From IMG/VR virus record IMGVR_UViG_2904584206_000001: 64,000 nt of DNA, one strand, 5' to 3'. The DNA comes from an uncultured virus (IMG/VR IMGVR_UViG_2904584206_000001) (taxonomy: Duplodnaviria; Heunggongvirae; Uroviricota; Caudoviricetes). How positions within the stretch are numbered: the stretch's first letter is position 1; each line of letters begins with the position of its first letter. Positions 38,426 to 47,893 of this stretch are shown piece after piece. The notes beneath the pieces were generated by a model. That model was given only the letters and a program-made list of their open reading frames with translations, was not told the origin of the DNA and did no database searches. The translations under genes and the position numbers were made by a program.

Positions 38426-39244
38426 ATGACTGCTGTGATGATCTGGCTAAACAAGGAGTCTCTGCCTCACTTTGAAGATATCTGGGCAGTAGCAGATACT
38501 CAGGTTTCAAAGGGGGAAAATCCTCTTACCAAGCAAGCGCCTAAGATCTTCTCGATACCGGTGAATTGCTACTGGCCAGGTGAATCTGGCTTCTTCGATA
38601 CGGTCGGCTTCGCAGGCTCCGTAGGAGTGGCCTTTGCAGGTTCCACATTGATCGCCCACAGCGCAGTGCTAGCTGTAACACCTCTTTTTGCGAATCTAAT
38701 CTCAACCTCAAAGGCAGTCCCCACCCTGGAAGGACTCGCCCTGTACTTCCTCGACTTCTTGAAGCAATATTTCCTATCGACCAACGCTATCACGATGCCG
38801 AATGACCGCGCCACCGTCGAATTTTGCTTCTTCGGCCGGTGCCCCCGCTCTGGAGAATTGGGTGCGTTTCGCGGTATATCAGATGTATCTTCTGCAGAGA
38901 TAGGATGTGATCCCGTCCAGTTCGACGAACAGGAAACCGTGATTCATCTAGGAAGCCACAAGGCTGAAATCGCGCAGATGGTGAATGATGAGCGCGCCAG
39001 ACATCCAATTGGATCACTTCCATGGTGGCGATCACCATACCCAGTCATGCGTAGGATAGTGGCCGCCGAACTTTTTTCTGACATTGGCGGCACTACTCTA
39101 CTCGCCATTACTTCAGGTTCCCGCGTACAGACGTACACTCGACCATGGGTACCAGGAGCCGGCCATGCCCATTTCAGCTACTTGGGCACCAATGTAGAGG
39201 TGGAGTTTGACGACTGTAGAGTGGGCCTGCCCAGCCTGTACTGA
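38426..39244 (+). CDS. Ntn-hydrolase / proteasome-beta-like protein
   Basis: N-terminal (M)T, ADTQVS, KIF, GVAFAGS, IGG; GGAG RBS. Confidence 0.6.
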   Translation: MTAVMIWLNKESLPHFEDIWAVADTQVSKGENPLTKQAPKIFSIPVNCYWPGESGFFDTVGFAGSVGVAFAGSTLIAHSAVLAVTPLFANLISTSKAVPTLEGLALYFLDFLKQYFLSTNAITMPNDRATVEFCFFGRCPRSGELGAFRGISDVSSAEIGCDPVQFDEQETVIHLGSHKAEIAQMVNDERARHPIGSLPWWRSPYPVMRRIVAAELFSDIGGTTLLAITSGSRVQTYTRPWVPGAGHAHFSYLGTNVEVEFDDCRVGLPSLY

Positions 39245-39427
39245 GCATATGGACCGTACCGCTGATGCATGCGTTTAATTAGCTAAGAAGCTTTAGCAAG
39301 CTGAGTTCAATGTATGAGCCCCCACCGGATCGCCATACTCAAATTTAAGCGAAGGAACTTTATAATCCTACGGCTAAGATCAAATTGTAGATCTTGCTAA
39401 AACTCAAATAAACTAGGGGAAGCAATT

Positions 39428-40141
39428 TTGGATGATGAAGACGGCAAAGTCCGCCGAAACCTTGTGACTGTGGCCTTTGCAACCATTGCAGGTTCTTTTG
39501 TCAAAATATCGGTAACCAAACTAGCGGTGTTTGGTTTGTCGGTAAGCACGTCCCACCCCGGACGCGTATGGCTGGTTCTATTTCTTGTGCTCGTTTACCT
39601 TATTCAGAGGTATCACTTTTCTGACATCGCCATAAAAGAGCGAAAAGCGCTTGGCGAGAACTACGGTTCTGCTCTCAAGGTTGCAGTAGCTAGGCGTCTT
39701 CAGAAAGACATGCAGAATGTAGTCGTAAAGAAAAAAGCACCGTCGGTGCTGGGGCCGTTTGCGACGGGCACTATTTTCAAACAGGCCCAAGATCTACCAG
39801 ATATAAAGATCTTTAGCGGTACTTTCTTCATTGCTGGCAACCTCGACTATCCCCCTCATGACTTGATCTCAATCCTCCAAAGCGGACATCTGGGCGTGCA
39901 AGGCGCGACATTTTCAAATGCGACAAAAAACGTTGCAAACTCCACCCACGGCCACCTAGTTACGCCATATAACATTCCGAGACGCCAGTACGTAACGCTT
40001 TTACTGCGTGCTACCGCTGAATTCCTATTCAACTCTAAACCATCGGTAAATCTTGTCTTTCCCTACGTGCTAGGAGCTATCGCCAGTGTCATCTGTGCGA
40101 GCGAACTTGGCATGGCGGCATATGCCAGATTGACGATGTAA
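39428..40141 (+). CDS. Hypothetical membrane protein (about 3 TM)
   Basis: Two N-terminal and one C-terminal hydrophobic helices; low GC. Confidence 0.6.
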   Translation: MDDEDGKVRRNLVTVAFATIAGSFVKISVTKLAVFGLSVSTSHPGRVWLVLFLVLVYLIQRYHFSDIAIKERKALGENYGSALKVAVARRLQKDMQNVVVKKKAPSVLGPFATGTIFKQAQDLPDIKIFSGTFFIAGNLDYPPHDLISILQSGHLGVQGATFSNATKNVANSTHGHLVTPYNIPRRQYVTLLLRATAEFLFNSKPSVNLVFPYVLGAIASVICASELGMAAYARLTM

Positions 40142-40153
40142 GAACAATCAGTC

Positions 40154-40294
40154 TCAAAAAGGCGGCCCTGGGTTGACCTCACCAAACGCAATCTGCCAGG
40201 TCTGCCAATAGGCCACCGCCGGCCGTTCAATGCCGCCGAGCCGCTCGATTCCGTAAATAACCATACCTCTTTTAACGAAATAGCAGTCCCACCA
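40154..40294 (-). pseudogene. 3' remnant resembling the 5193-5555 protein
   Basis: GMVIYGIER...VAYWQTW versus RMVIKGIER...VEFAQAW. Confidence 0.4.
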
Positions 40295-40311
40295 AAAAGA
40301 AGAGCCAGCGA

Positions 40312-41358
40312 ATGTCAATCTATTCGAAGCCCATGTACACAAGGGAGCAGGTGAATGCCGCCGGTAGACAACTGGTAAGCGGAGACCCAGATTTACCTAG
40401 CTATATGCCAATAATTGAAAACTGGCGAGCAGCTCATTCACATCCGCTAAACTCCTTTTATGTGACGCTACAGCGGAGGGCTAAGAAGGTCAGTCGCCTA
40501 TCTAATACGGTACAGCGCATAAAGCGCCTAGAGTCAATCTCCGCCAAGCTCAGCGCAAAGGACAGCATGAAATTGTCCCAAATGCAAGACATTGCCGGCT
40601 GCCGAGCGATAATGCCCACCCTCGGTACAGTGGGCAGGCTAGTGGAACTCTATCGCATCTCGCGAACTGTACATAGGTTCAATGGAGTTAAAGACTATAT
40701 CTTGGAGCCGAAAGATACAGGATATCGAGGGATACACTTGAAATACAGTGTCGGCGGTGACAATCCTGACAATCCCTATTACGGATTGAAAGTCGAACTG
40801 CAAATCAGGACCCAACTTCAACACCAGTGGGCAACAGCTGTCGAGGCTGCGGAAACATTTACAGGTCAAGCTCTGAAATCCAACATGGGACAGCAAGCGT
40901 GGCTTCGCTTCTTCGCGTTGATGAGTTCCATTTTTGCGCTGCGAGAAGGCCAACCTACCGTCCCAGGAACTCCATCAAACCAAGAAGACCTGTTCAACGA
41001 AATTGTTGAGCTTGATCGAGCCAACCATATCGAAGCTACCTTCAGTGGGTATCAGGCTATCCTCCCAAAGGTAGAACGACGCAGGAACTCCAAATACTTC
41101 GTAGTGAGATTAGATCCTGTCGCACGCAGGGTATCAGTTCGAGGATTTAGCGGAAGCGAGTCAACAGAGGCAAACCGACTTTATACCGCTCTAGAGAATG
41201 AGATACCTACTGACTCTCCCACCCGCATTGTTCTAGTCTCCGCATCATCTATAAGTGCACTTCGCAGAGCTTATCCAAACTACTTTTTGGATACGACGAC
41301 TTTCTTACAAGAAGTGGTGAAGATTATCCGCCCTGATCGCCAAGGCGCACTCTTCTAA
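40312..41358 (+). CDS. capRel: CapRel-type fused toxSAS toxin-antitoxin (RelA/SpoT domain), anti-phage
   Basis: NWRAAH, RIKR, MQDIAGCR, KDYI..PK..GYRGIH, ELQIRTQLQHQWAT, C-terminal LRRAYPNYFLD (YxxY). Confidence 0.85.
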   Translation: MSIYSKPMYTREQVNAAGRQLVSGDPDLPSYMPIIENWRAAHSHPLNSFYVTLQRRAKKVSRLSNTVQRIKRLESISAKLSAKDSMKLSQMQDIAGCRAIMPTLGTVGRLVELYRISRTVHRFNGVKDYILEPKDTGYRGIHLKYSVGGDNPDNPYYGLKVELQIRTQLQHQWATAVEAAETFTGQALKSNMGQQAWLRFFALMSSIFALREGQPTVPGTPSNQEDLFNEIVELDRANHIEATFSGYQAILPKVERRRNSKYFVVRLDPVARRVSVRGFSGSESTEANRLYTALENEIPTDSPTRIVLVSASSISALRRAYPNYFLDTTTFLQEVVKIIRPDRQGALF

Positions 41359-41437
41359 GCTAACACCGGTGATACCACTCAAGTTTGAAAAACCGGCGGA
41401 TAAGAAAATGTATAAAATTACGGAAATAACAAGGTAA

Positions 41438-42178
41438 GTGGGTAAGAACAATATGCTCTCGAAGAGGGGGATGATTGCAGGACTGGCACTTCTGCTGACT
41501 ACAGGCGCTGGCAGCGCATCTGAGCTTTTGGAAATCTACGGGGACTCGACTCTTATGGGCGTAGATGGGGGTGCCTTAGCGCAGAACCCTTCGGATATAC
41601 GACTCGTTGCATCGCCCGTCCAAGACTTTATTTCGATCCCTGGCTTCGTTATTCACAACTCATCGGTAAGCGGCGATTCAACGAAGACGAGCCTCAATGG
41701 GCATTACGCCAACTTGCGGTGGCCGGAGATGGCCCGAGCGTCGTGTGCGACGGTGATGCTCTTCAACTACGGAATTAACGACAGCCTCACCATTTCTGAA
41801 GATGACTACGTTGCCAACCTAAAGGCAGTTATCAAGCACGCGAGAGAAAACGGTCACGACGTCATTCTCCAGACGCCAAATCCTTCCAGGTTAGGGGGCG
41901 TTGCACACTACGCTGAGATAATGCGAAAGGTAGCGCGCGAGGAAGGCATTCCAGTGATCGATGTTCAGCAATATTTTTCCTCGATCATTCCTGCGTCACG
42001 AAGATCAGAATTTATCCCCGATGGCATCCACCCAAACCAACAGGGCTATGAACTTATCGGGAAGTACATGCAGGTTCGCCTCAAAGAAATTCTGCTAGAT
42101 CGTCGAATCGCTGCCCAACTCCCTTTGAAGGCCGCACGAGAGGTCAAAGAAGGCGCACGCCCCTTCCTCAGAAAATAA
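41438..42178 (+). CDS. Exported SGNH/GDSL hydrolase
   Basis: Signal peptide; GDST, NSSVSG, GIND, DGIHP. Confidence 0.85.
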   Translation: MGKNNMLSKRGMIAGLALLLTTGAGSASELLEIYGDSTLMGVDGGALAQNPSDIRLVASPVQDFISIPGFVIHNSSVSGDSTKTSLNGHYANLRWPEMARASCATVMLFNYGINDSLTISEDDYVANLKAVIKHARENGHDVILQTPNPSRLGGVAHYAEIMRKVAREEGIPVIDVQQYFSSIIPASRRSEFIPDGIHPNQQGYELIGKYMQVRLKEILLDRRIAAQLPLKAAREVKEGARPFLRK

Positions 42179-42246
42179 CATTTGAGTCGTATTCATTCTA
42201 TTCCGGGGCCTTGTTCACCTAGTGACCAAGGCCCCAACTTCGAACA

Positions 42247-42774
42247 CTATTCGGCGGCACCTCTCTTCTTTGATTCGAAGATCACCTGTTCGGCGCGGTG
42301 GTATTTGTCGACGCAGGCGTTGAGCTCCCGCACGATGTCATCGCCTTCGATGGCGAAATCGAGAAGAACGTCAGCAGCCGCTGGCAGAAGGTCGGCTCGC
42401 GCTTCTCGATCCCCAGCGCTGGCAGCTCGGGCAGCGGCGGCTGCACTAGCCGCGTCGACGGCGACTGACAGGCGCACAGCGCCAGTGCGCAGCTTACCGC
42501 GCAAAATATCCATTTGCTTCTTTGCATTGTCTTTCTCCTGTTGAGCGGCTGCCGTTATGGCGGCAACGGCCGCCTGGCCACTGCGTTCAGCCTCTCGGTA
42601 TCGTTCGGTGGCGCTGGCCAGCGCAATGGCATGCTGTTCACTGACCTTCGCCGCCCTGCCCTCATCGATTTGCGCCTGGCGGTGCCCGCCCCATAGGTGG
42701 CCGCCAATCAGGCCCAGACAGAGGGCCAACAGCACAGCACCCAGGGCGGTCGCCACGGTCTGAAGCCGGTTCAT
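42247..42774 (-). CDS. i-spanin (Rz-like)
   Basis: N-terminal TM; GAVRLSV; EGDDIVRELNAC. Confidence 0.8.
   Translation of the reverse strand: MNRLQTVATALGAVLLALCLGLIGGHLWGGHRQAQIDEGRAAKVSEQHAIALASATERYREAERSGQAAVAAITAAAQQEKDNAKKQMDILRGKLRTGAVRLSVAVDAASAAAAARAASAGDREARADLLPAAADVLLDFAIEGDDIVRELNACVDKYHRAEQVIFESKKRGAAE
42282..42527 (-). CDS. o-spanin (Rz1-like), embedded
   Basis: Lipobox LCAC; Pro-rich. Confidence 0.65.
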   Translation of the reverse strand: MQRSKWIFCAVSCALALCACQSPSTRLVQPPLPELPALGIEKREPTFCQRLLTFFSISPSKAMTSCGSSTPASTNTTAPNR

Positions 42775-43346
42775 GGGATCACCTCCAGCGCTCGCTCATA
42801 GATGGCCTTACGTTCGGCAAAGCCATTCGCGTCACCGATGACCGCCGTTTTCTTGCCTCGGTTGACCACGTCGCTGACGCCATCGATGTCGCCGACATCA
42901 GCCCACTTGTTCAGGCCATTAACCGTCCAGAACCAGCCGGCAGCACGACAGCCGTGGACCGGCTCGCACAATAGGCGCGGCTGTTCCACGCAATCCACGT
43001 GAAGCGCCATCATGGCGGCCAGATGGTTGAGGTAGCCTGTGATCTGAATCGGCCCATGGCCTTTCCAGAATCGGCCCGGCGTGGAGCCGTAAGCGGCTGC
43101 GATCCGGATCGCTTCCGGATTGGTGTTACCGAGATCGGCGCGATTATCATAGGCCGCACCGCTGGCCAGTTCCTCCATGAAGCGGAATTGCCCCGATTCA
43201 TGGCCAATCTGCGAGAGGAAGGCCGCAATGCGCAGGCGCGTGTCGATCCCGAATTCCTGCATAGCTGCATTGAGGGGCTCCAAAAACAACGATGCCCGCG
43301 TGGAAGCGGGCATGATGCGTTGGAGCTGGGCAAGCGTGAGAATCAT
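42771..43346 (-). CDS. Endolysin, GH19 family
   Basis: AAFLSQIGHES, GHGPIQITG..N, AAGWFW. Confidence 0.9.
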   Translation of the reverse strand: MILTLAQLQRIMPASTRASLFLEPLNAAMQEFGIDTRLRIAAFLSQIGHESGQFRFMEELASGAAYDNRADLGNTNPEAIRIAAAYGSTPGRFWKGHGPIQITGYLNHLAAMMALHVDCVEQPRLLCEPVHGCRAAGWFWTVNGLNKWADVGDIDGVSDVVNRGKKTAVIGDANGFAERKAIYERALEVIP

Positions 43347-43642
43347 CTTGGTTCTCCTGTATCGGTTGCACGACGGTTGCGGTAGAGCCACCCTCCGGCC
43401 AGCAGACCCGCCACCCCGACGTTCGAGATCACCTCGGCGGGCTGTGGGCTGATGTAGCCATACAGAGGTCCGGTGATCACCCCGAATGCGCCTACGGCCG
43501 AGATGACGTACCACGCGCGCACCAGGTGATTGCTGCGATGGTTCATTCGGTTCAGCGCGAAGACGCAATGAAGGAAGAGCGCGAGGCTGGCGATGAAGTT
43601 GACGACCAGCAGGTAATTGGTAGCGAGCAGGATCTTGGTCAT
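43343..43642 (-). CDS. Holin-like membrane protein
   Basis: Three hydrophobic segments; in the lysis cassette. Confidence 0.6.
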   Translation of the reverse strand: MTKILLATNYLLVVNFIASLALFLHCVFALNRMNHRSNHLVRAWYVISAVGAFGVITGPLYGYISPQPAEVISNVGVAGLLAGGWLYRNRRATDTGEPR

Positions 43643-44043
43643 TTGGATGGCTCCTGGTTGATGTTGCCCCCTCCGAATTTCGTACGCATCCAGCCCAGCC
43701 CCAGCGGGATCACCGTTTGGGAGCTCGCCCCGATCAGAAAGCCGCTGCAGAGCCTGGTGGCCTCCGAGTACTTCCCGGACCAGGCGAACACGTCGGACTG
43801 GATAGCCCAGGCGTGCAGCATGGGGCCGACATAGCCTCCCATGAGCGCGCTGGCGATCAGGATCATCACCGCACGTGGGCGGGAGACCGGGGGCAGGCTG
43901 GAAAGCATGGCCAGACCACCGGCCAGCCCTGCCAGCAGCATCTCGTACTGCAGTCCCAGGAATGACCCTGTAATGGTGATGGTGCCGACGGCAAATGCCC
44001 CCGAGCCGGCACCGATCACTGCCCCTGTTGTTGGTTCTGGCAT
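43639..44043 (-). CDS. Putative holin
   Basis: MPEPTT, LAGLAGG, several TM segments. Confidence 0.65.
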   Translation of the reverse strand: MPEPTTGAVIGAGSGAFAVGTITITGSFLGLQYEMLLAGLAGGLAMLSSLPPVSRPRAVMILIASALMGGYVGPMLHAWAIQSDVFAWSGKYSEATRLCSGFLIGASSQTVIPLGLGWMRTKFGGGNINQEPSK

Positions 44044-44110
44044 GTATGTCCCCGATGGATAAAAAAATAGCCGCCCTCTGGCGGCTGTGTGTTGTGTGCA
44101 GACGTCTGCA

Positions 44111-44320
44111 CTACTCTGCGGCGGCGAGATCCTCCGGAGTGGCAACGGTGAAGTTTGCCGGCAGCGGAGAGCGGGTGAATGCCGTTCCGTCCCACTGTGT
44201 CACATAAAGAGGCGCATCGAAGTCGTCAGCCACCTCCACACCGACCCCGCCTGCAATCTCTTCCAGGAAACCAATCGCGATCAGGCGTTTGGTGGTTTCA
44301 TCGTAAAAGGCCTTTTTCAT
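44111..44320 (-). CDS. Small fibre-associated protein
   Basis: Abuts the fibre stop; WDG motif. Confidence 0.5.
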   Translation of the reverse strand: MKKAFYDETTKRLIAIGFLEEIAGGVGVEVADDFDAPLYVTQWDGTAFTRSPLPANFTVATPEDLAAAE

Positions 44321-45307
44321 TTAGACATCTCCATTCGATACGGTGAAACCGACTCCTTGCAGCAGGCTAGAAACTGCAGAGAGGTTGCCAGCACCACTGG
44401 TCAAGGTAAGGGCACAGACCAGCTGCTGCCCGACGTTCGGGAACACACACTCCTCGGTGTAGTAGGACGTGTCGAGTGCCTGAGCGCATCCCATGTCGAT
44501 ATCCTTGCCTGCGAACGCAGCCAAGAAACGCCACGACGCGGTCGCGGTCCCTCCTCCCGCCGAATTGGACGATAGATAGGACTTGATCCGCGTCACGCCC
44601 AGTTGCGCCCAAGCCGGCCAGGCAAGAGAGCAGTTGGCAACGACCTCGGTCCCACTGGTATTGCCAACCGTCAAAATCGACTGCCATGACGCCTCGAAAT
44701 TGCGCGAACCCCGCATTGCGCAACGACGAATAGCCGTGCCAGTCCAATAGGCGCTGTGGCCAAATACCCAGCTCACGTAAGCACCGAACATATTGGGGCC
44801 TACAGTAGGAGCATTGGTACTCCACACTGCCGTCTCGTTGCCAGCGGCGTCGATCAGGAAGAACAGATTCAGCCACCCTGCTGCAAAAGCCCCGGCCTGG
44901 TCACGTCCACTAGCAACAGGACCGGCCACTGCGGCATCGGCCGAGATCGTCGCAGCGCTGCGCGAAATGACCGTGTCGCCAGTACCGGGATTACGGTAGA
45001 TCCGCTGAGCACACGTGAAGTCATACTTGGTGGCTGGCACCGCCGCATTGCGGTCGCCTCGCAGGCCGCGCACTCCCGAGACTGCCGGAGCGCGACCGAC
45101 AAGCTTTTTGATGGCCAGCAGCAGCTGATTAGAAACAATCTCGCTCGGGACGAGGCCTGCATCGATAATCACCGCCAGAAGTTCGTCTGTCGTCAGATTC
45201 CCCCAAGCAGCTGGGATCAACGATCCTTGCTGCCCTGTCTGCTCATCTTCATCCACGAACTTGCCATTGACCAGGCCAACGCCTGGCACACTCTTCGGAA
45301 AATCCAT
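44321..45307 (-). CDS. Tail fibre of prophage 2
   Basis: MDFPKSVPGVGLVNGKF..GSLIPAAWGN..QLLLAI anchor; follows gp48. Confidence 0.85.
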   Translation of the reverse strand: MDFPKSVPGVGLVNGKFVDEDEQTGQQGSLIPAAWGNLTTDELLAVIIDAGLVPSEIVSNQLLLAIKKLVGRAPAVSGVRGLRGDRNAAVPATKYDFTCAQRIYRNPGTGDTVISRSAATISADAAVAGPVASGRDQAGAFAAGWLNLFFLIDAAGNETAVWSTNAPTVGPNMFGAYVSWVFGHSAYWTGTAIRRCAMRGSRNFEASWQSILTVGNTSGTEVVANCSLAWPAWAQLGVTRIKSYLSSNSAGGGTATASWRFLAAFAGKDIDMGCAQALDTSYYTEECVFPNVGQQLVCALTLTSGAGNLSAVSSLLQGVGFTVSNGDV

Positions 45308-45317
45308 TCTCGTTCCT

Positions 45318-45914
45318 TTATTCGTATTCGAAGAGCACCACAGTGAACGGCGGTGCCCAGCGCTTGATCACGCACTCCACAGCCTCATTCGGGTTCGCAC
45401 CGAAGCGCTCGCCCCAAACGGCAATGCCGAAGCGTCGTCCACCTGCATGCCGGCGACCCAACTTGATCGTCCAGATAAATTGCGCGGCCCAGGTTCCGAA
45501 TCGGGCTTTGCCAAAGCGTGACCGACCGAACCGAGGTGCGCGCCACTCAATGGCAGTTGCATCGGGATAGCCCAGCTCCCGCGCCAGGCTAACGAAGTAA
45601 GCCAGGCTCTGCCCCCCTTGTGCCAAATGCCGGCGCAGGACGGCCGCCTTACGCTGGTCAAAGCTTGGATCGTCAGAAAGGCACTCATCGGGCAATCCCA
45701 TGACCGCCTCCCAGTCGCTGACCAGCTCACGCATCGTGGGCGGGAACAGCTCTGCCAGAAGTGCATCTGCCCGCACATCGATGCGCGCGAACTCAGGCGC
45801 AAGGCCTTGCAGAACTTGATCTACTTCCCCGCCGTAGAACTCTCGATCCCACGCAGGGCCGGGCGGCAGCAGCTGTCGCATCTGTTCCAGGTAGTCCGCT
45901 TCGGTCATAGCCAT
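45318..45914 (-). CDS. Mu gp48/YmfQ-like baseplate protein
   Basis: LLPPGPAW, WE...GLPD.C, GGQS. Confidence 0.85.
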   Translation of the reverse strand: MAMTEADYLEQMRQLLPPGPAWDREFYGGEVDQVLQGLAPEFARIDVRADALLAELFPPTMRELVSDWEAVMGLPDECLSDDPSFDQRKAAVLRRHLAQGGQSLAYFVSLARELGYPDATAIEWRAPRFGRSRFGKARFGTWAAQFIWTIKLGRRHAGGRRFGIAVWGERFGANPNEAVECVIKRWAPPFTVVLFEYE

Positions 45915-46951
45915 TCGATGTCTCCGAAGGTCGCGATCTCATTACGCAGCACCGTGACGTTCGCCGCCGGCACCAGCATCTCGTGATCATCCTCGCCGGC
46001 GGCACCGCTGATGGCTTCATCCTGGTGACTGCGTAGCAATGTCACTCCCAACGACGCTTCCGCCAGGATCACAGCCTTCAACGCCGCCCTCACCGCGGCA
46101 CGCACCGGCCCGGTATCCGGCGTTAGCCTGATCTGGTAGACGATGGGCTTGGGCGTGGGCGCGAGCACGTAGAGCTCACCGGTGGCATGCCGTTTCTTGT
46201 CGAGGTACGCGAACACGGCCGTACGGAAGGCTTCGTTAGGGAATGGATCATCATCCCCATCGCACATGATGAACACGGCCACCGTGCCAGGACCGAGCCA
46301 GTTACGTCGTGTCCAGGCCCTGGTCACGCCGGGATACTCCAGCGCCCAGGTCTCGTAGTCATCGGCAGAACCCCCTTGCGGGACGAGGCGATAGGTCCGC
46401 AGCACCGCTGCCCGCAACTGCTCCAACGTTTCCTGGTTGACCCCACCGGTCATGCCCGCCGAGGTGATCACAGCCTCATCACTCACGCCCAGCACTGGAG
46501 ACACCGCCGTGAGCTTCGTCCCGCCATCGAGATTGCCGGCCGCTCCCGCGACCACAGCGCGGATCGGGACCGCCGTCACTCCGTTGATTACCGTATCTGC
46601 AGTCACGATGACCTGACTGCGATCCGGTGCCTGAAAAAGTGTCCCAGCGTCGACCGGCGCGCCCGTTTGTCCTTCGCACTCCATAGATCCAGTCGCGTAG
46701 GTCGCCGCGCGGTAGCCACGACCCAGCCGCCATTGGGCGTAGCGCAGCAGCATATCCTCGTCGCACTTATCCGGCAGACTCTGCGCGGCGATGTAGTCCT
46801 GGTGCTGGTAGAGGCCAGCCGCCACACCGCTATGCACGCGCGACAGCACTTCGGCATCGGTTCGGCGAAGTGCATCGGTCGAAGTAGCAGGGACCAGATC
46901 TGCCCTCACCCGCTTAATCAAGGCCACGAGGCCAGGAATGTTAAACGGCAT
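45905..46951 (-). CDS. Mu gp47 / baseplate J-like protein
   Basis: GAAGN, PQGGSADDYETWA, GPGTV. Confidence 0.9.
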   Translation of the reverse strand: MPFNIPGLVALIKRVRADLVPATSTDALRRTDAEVLSRVHSGVAAGLYQHQDYIAAQSLPDKCDEDMLLRYAQWRLGRGYRAATYATGSMECEGQTGAPVDAGTLFQAPDRSQVIVTADTVINGVTAVPIRAVVAGAAGNLDGGTKLTAVSPVLGVSDEAVITSAGMTGGVNQETLEQLRAAVLRTYRLVPQGGSADDYETWALEYPGVTRAWTRRNWLGPGTVAVFIMCDGDDDPFPNEAFRTAVFAYLDKKRHATGELYVLAPTPKPIVYQIRLTPDTGPVRAAVRAALKAVILAEASLGVTLLRSHQDEAISGAAGEDDHEMLVPAANVTVLRNEIATFGDIEWL

Positions 46952-47348
46952 TGATCACCCTCCAAAAATCATCGATCTCGATCTGCAATGGCTCATCACC
47001 AAGCAGATCAATCACTGCAGTCATCGTCACGCCGTCGGTACCGGTACGAGCAACCGTCACCGTGACCTGGCTGGCATGGCCATCAGAGACGAACCACGCC
47101 AGCGCCTCTTCACCGAATGCCACAGCATCACGAAGTGCGTCGTCCGTAATGGATCTGCGCTGCAGCAGCCAAACGCGCGAGCCGATCTTGTCATCGGCCA
47201 CCGTGGGGTAGCTATCGGCCCACCAGCCAAGCGGATCTGCTCCATCGTTCGGATCGGATGGATCTGCACGACGCCAACTGAAAAGACTGATGACAGCGGC
47301 CCGCCACAGAACGGCGCGGCGGTCATCCTCAGAAAGCGTCAGGATCAT
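46941..47348 (-). CDS. Mu gp46-like protein
   Basis: AVISLF, GWWAD, GSRVWLL, EALAW. Confidence 0.9.
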   Translation of the reverse strand: MILTLSEDDRRAVLWRAAVISLFSWRRADPSDPNDGADPLGWWADSYPTVADDKIGSRVWLLQRRSITDDALRDAVAFGEEALAWFVSDGHASQVTVTVARTGTDGVTMTAVIDLLGDEPLQIEIDDFWRVINAV

Positions 47349-47893
47349 CCGCCACCTCCCGCCTTCGGCGAGCTGGTAGGGGGGCCATCGTGTTCCTGGT
47401 GGAAGTGCTTACTCAGCGGAACGTTGTCCACGATCACCTCCGGCATCTTCATCGGTCCCGTCGATTCCGCTGTCCCCGAGGCGGCGAGTTTGAAGTCACC
47501 GGTGGCGATGCTGACGGCTTCCTCGGCGATCACCTCATAGCGCTTCGCCTTGACCCGATAGACATCGCACTCGACCTCGATAACGCGTCCCTGCTTCAGC
47601 ACGATCCGTGCACCTTCGTTCGTATAGATGGCAACCTCGCCAGGCTTCAGGTCGGTCGGCCGGTAACGCTTGTCGCTCGGCATGATGACGGCCGCATGAG
47701 AGCGGTCGCCATCAAAGAACAGCGCCAAGCCGCCCGCGCCTGAAAGAGGAATGGAGGTGATGCCGTACTGCTCGAACAGCTCCACATCGTCCTTGCTCTC
47801 CCCGTCGAGGATGCTGACTTGCATGCGCTGGCGGCGCTGGCCAGGCTTGGTTAGCACCACCGTACATCTTGCGATTGGACTGTCGTTGCTCAT
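47345..47893 (-). CDS. Mu gp45-like baseplate spike
   Basis: QYGITSIP, GDRSH, GEVAIY, HxH. Confidence 0.9.
   Translation of the reverse strand: MSNDSPIARCTVVLTKPGQRRQRMQVSILDGESKDDVELFEQYGITSIPLSGAGGLALFFDGDRSHAAVIMPSDKRYRPTDLKPGEVAIYTNEGARIVLKQGRVIEVECDVYRVKAKRYEVIAEEAVSIATGDFKLAASGTAESTGPMKMPEVIVDNVPLSKHFHQEHDGPPTSSPKAGGGG

Noticed and set aside
35012..45307. Diversity-generating retroelement or invertible fibre shufflon linking the two fibre genes
   Set aside because: No reverse transcriptase or small invertase in the window; the DNA differences I inspected are not adenine-specific; no flanking inversion sites seen
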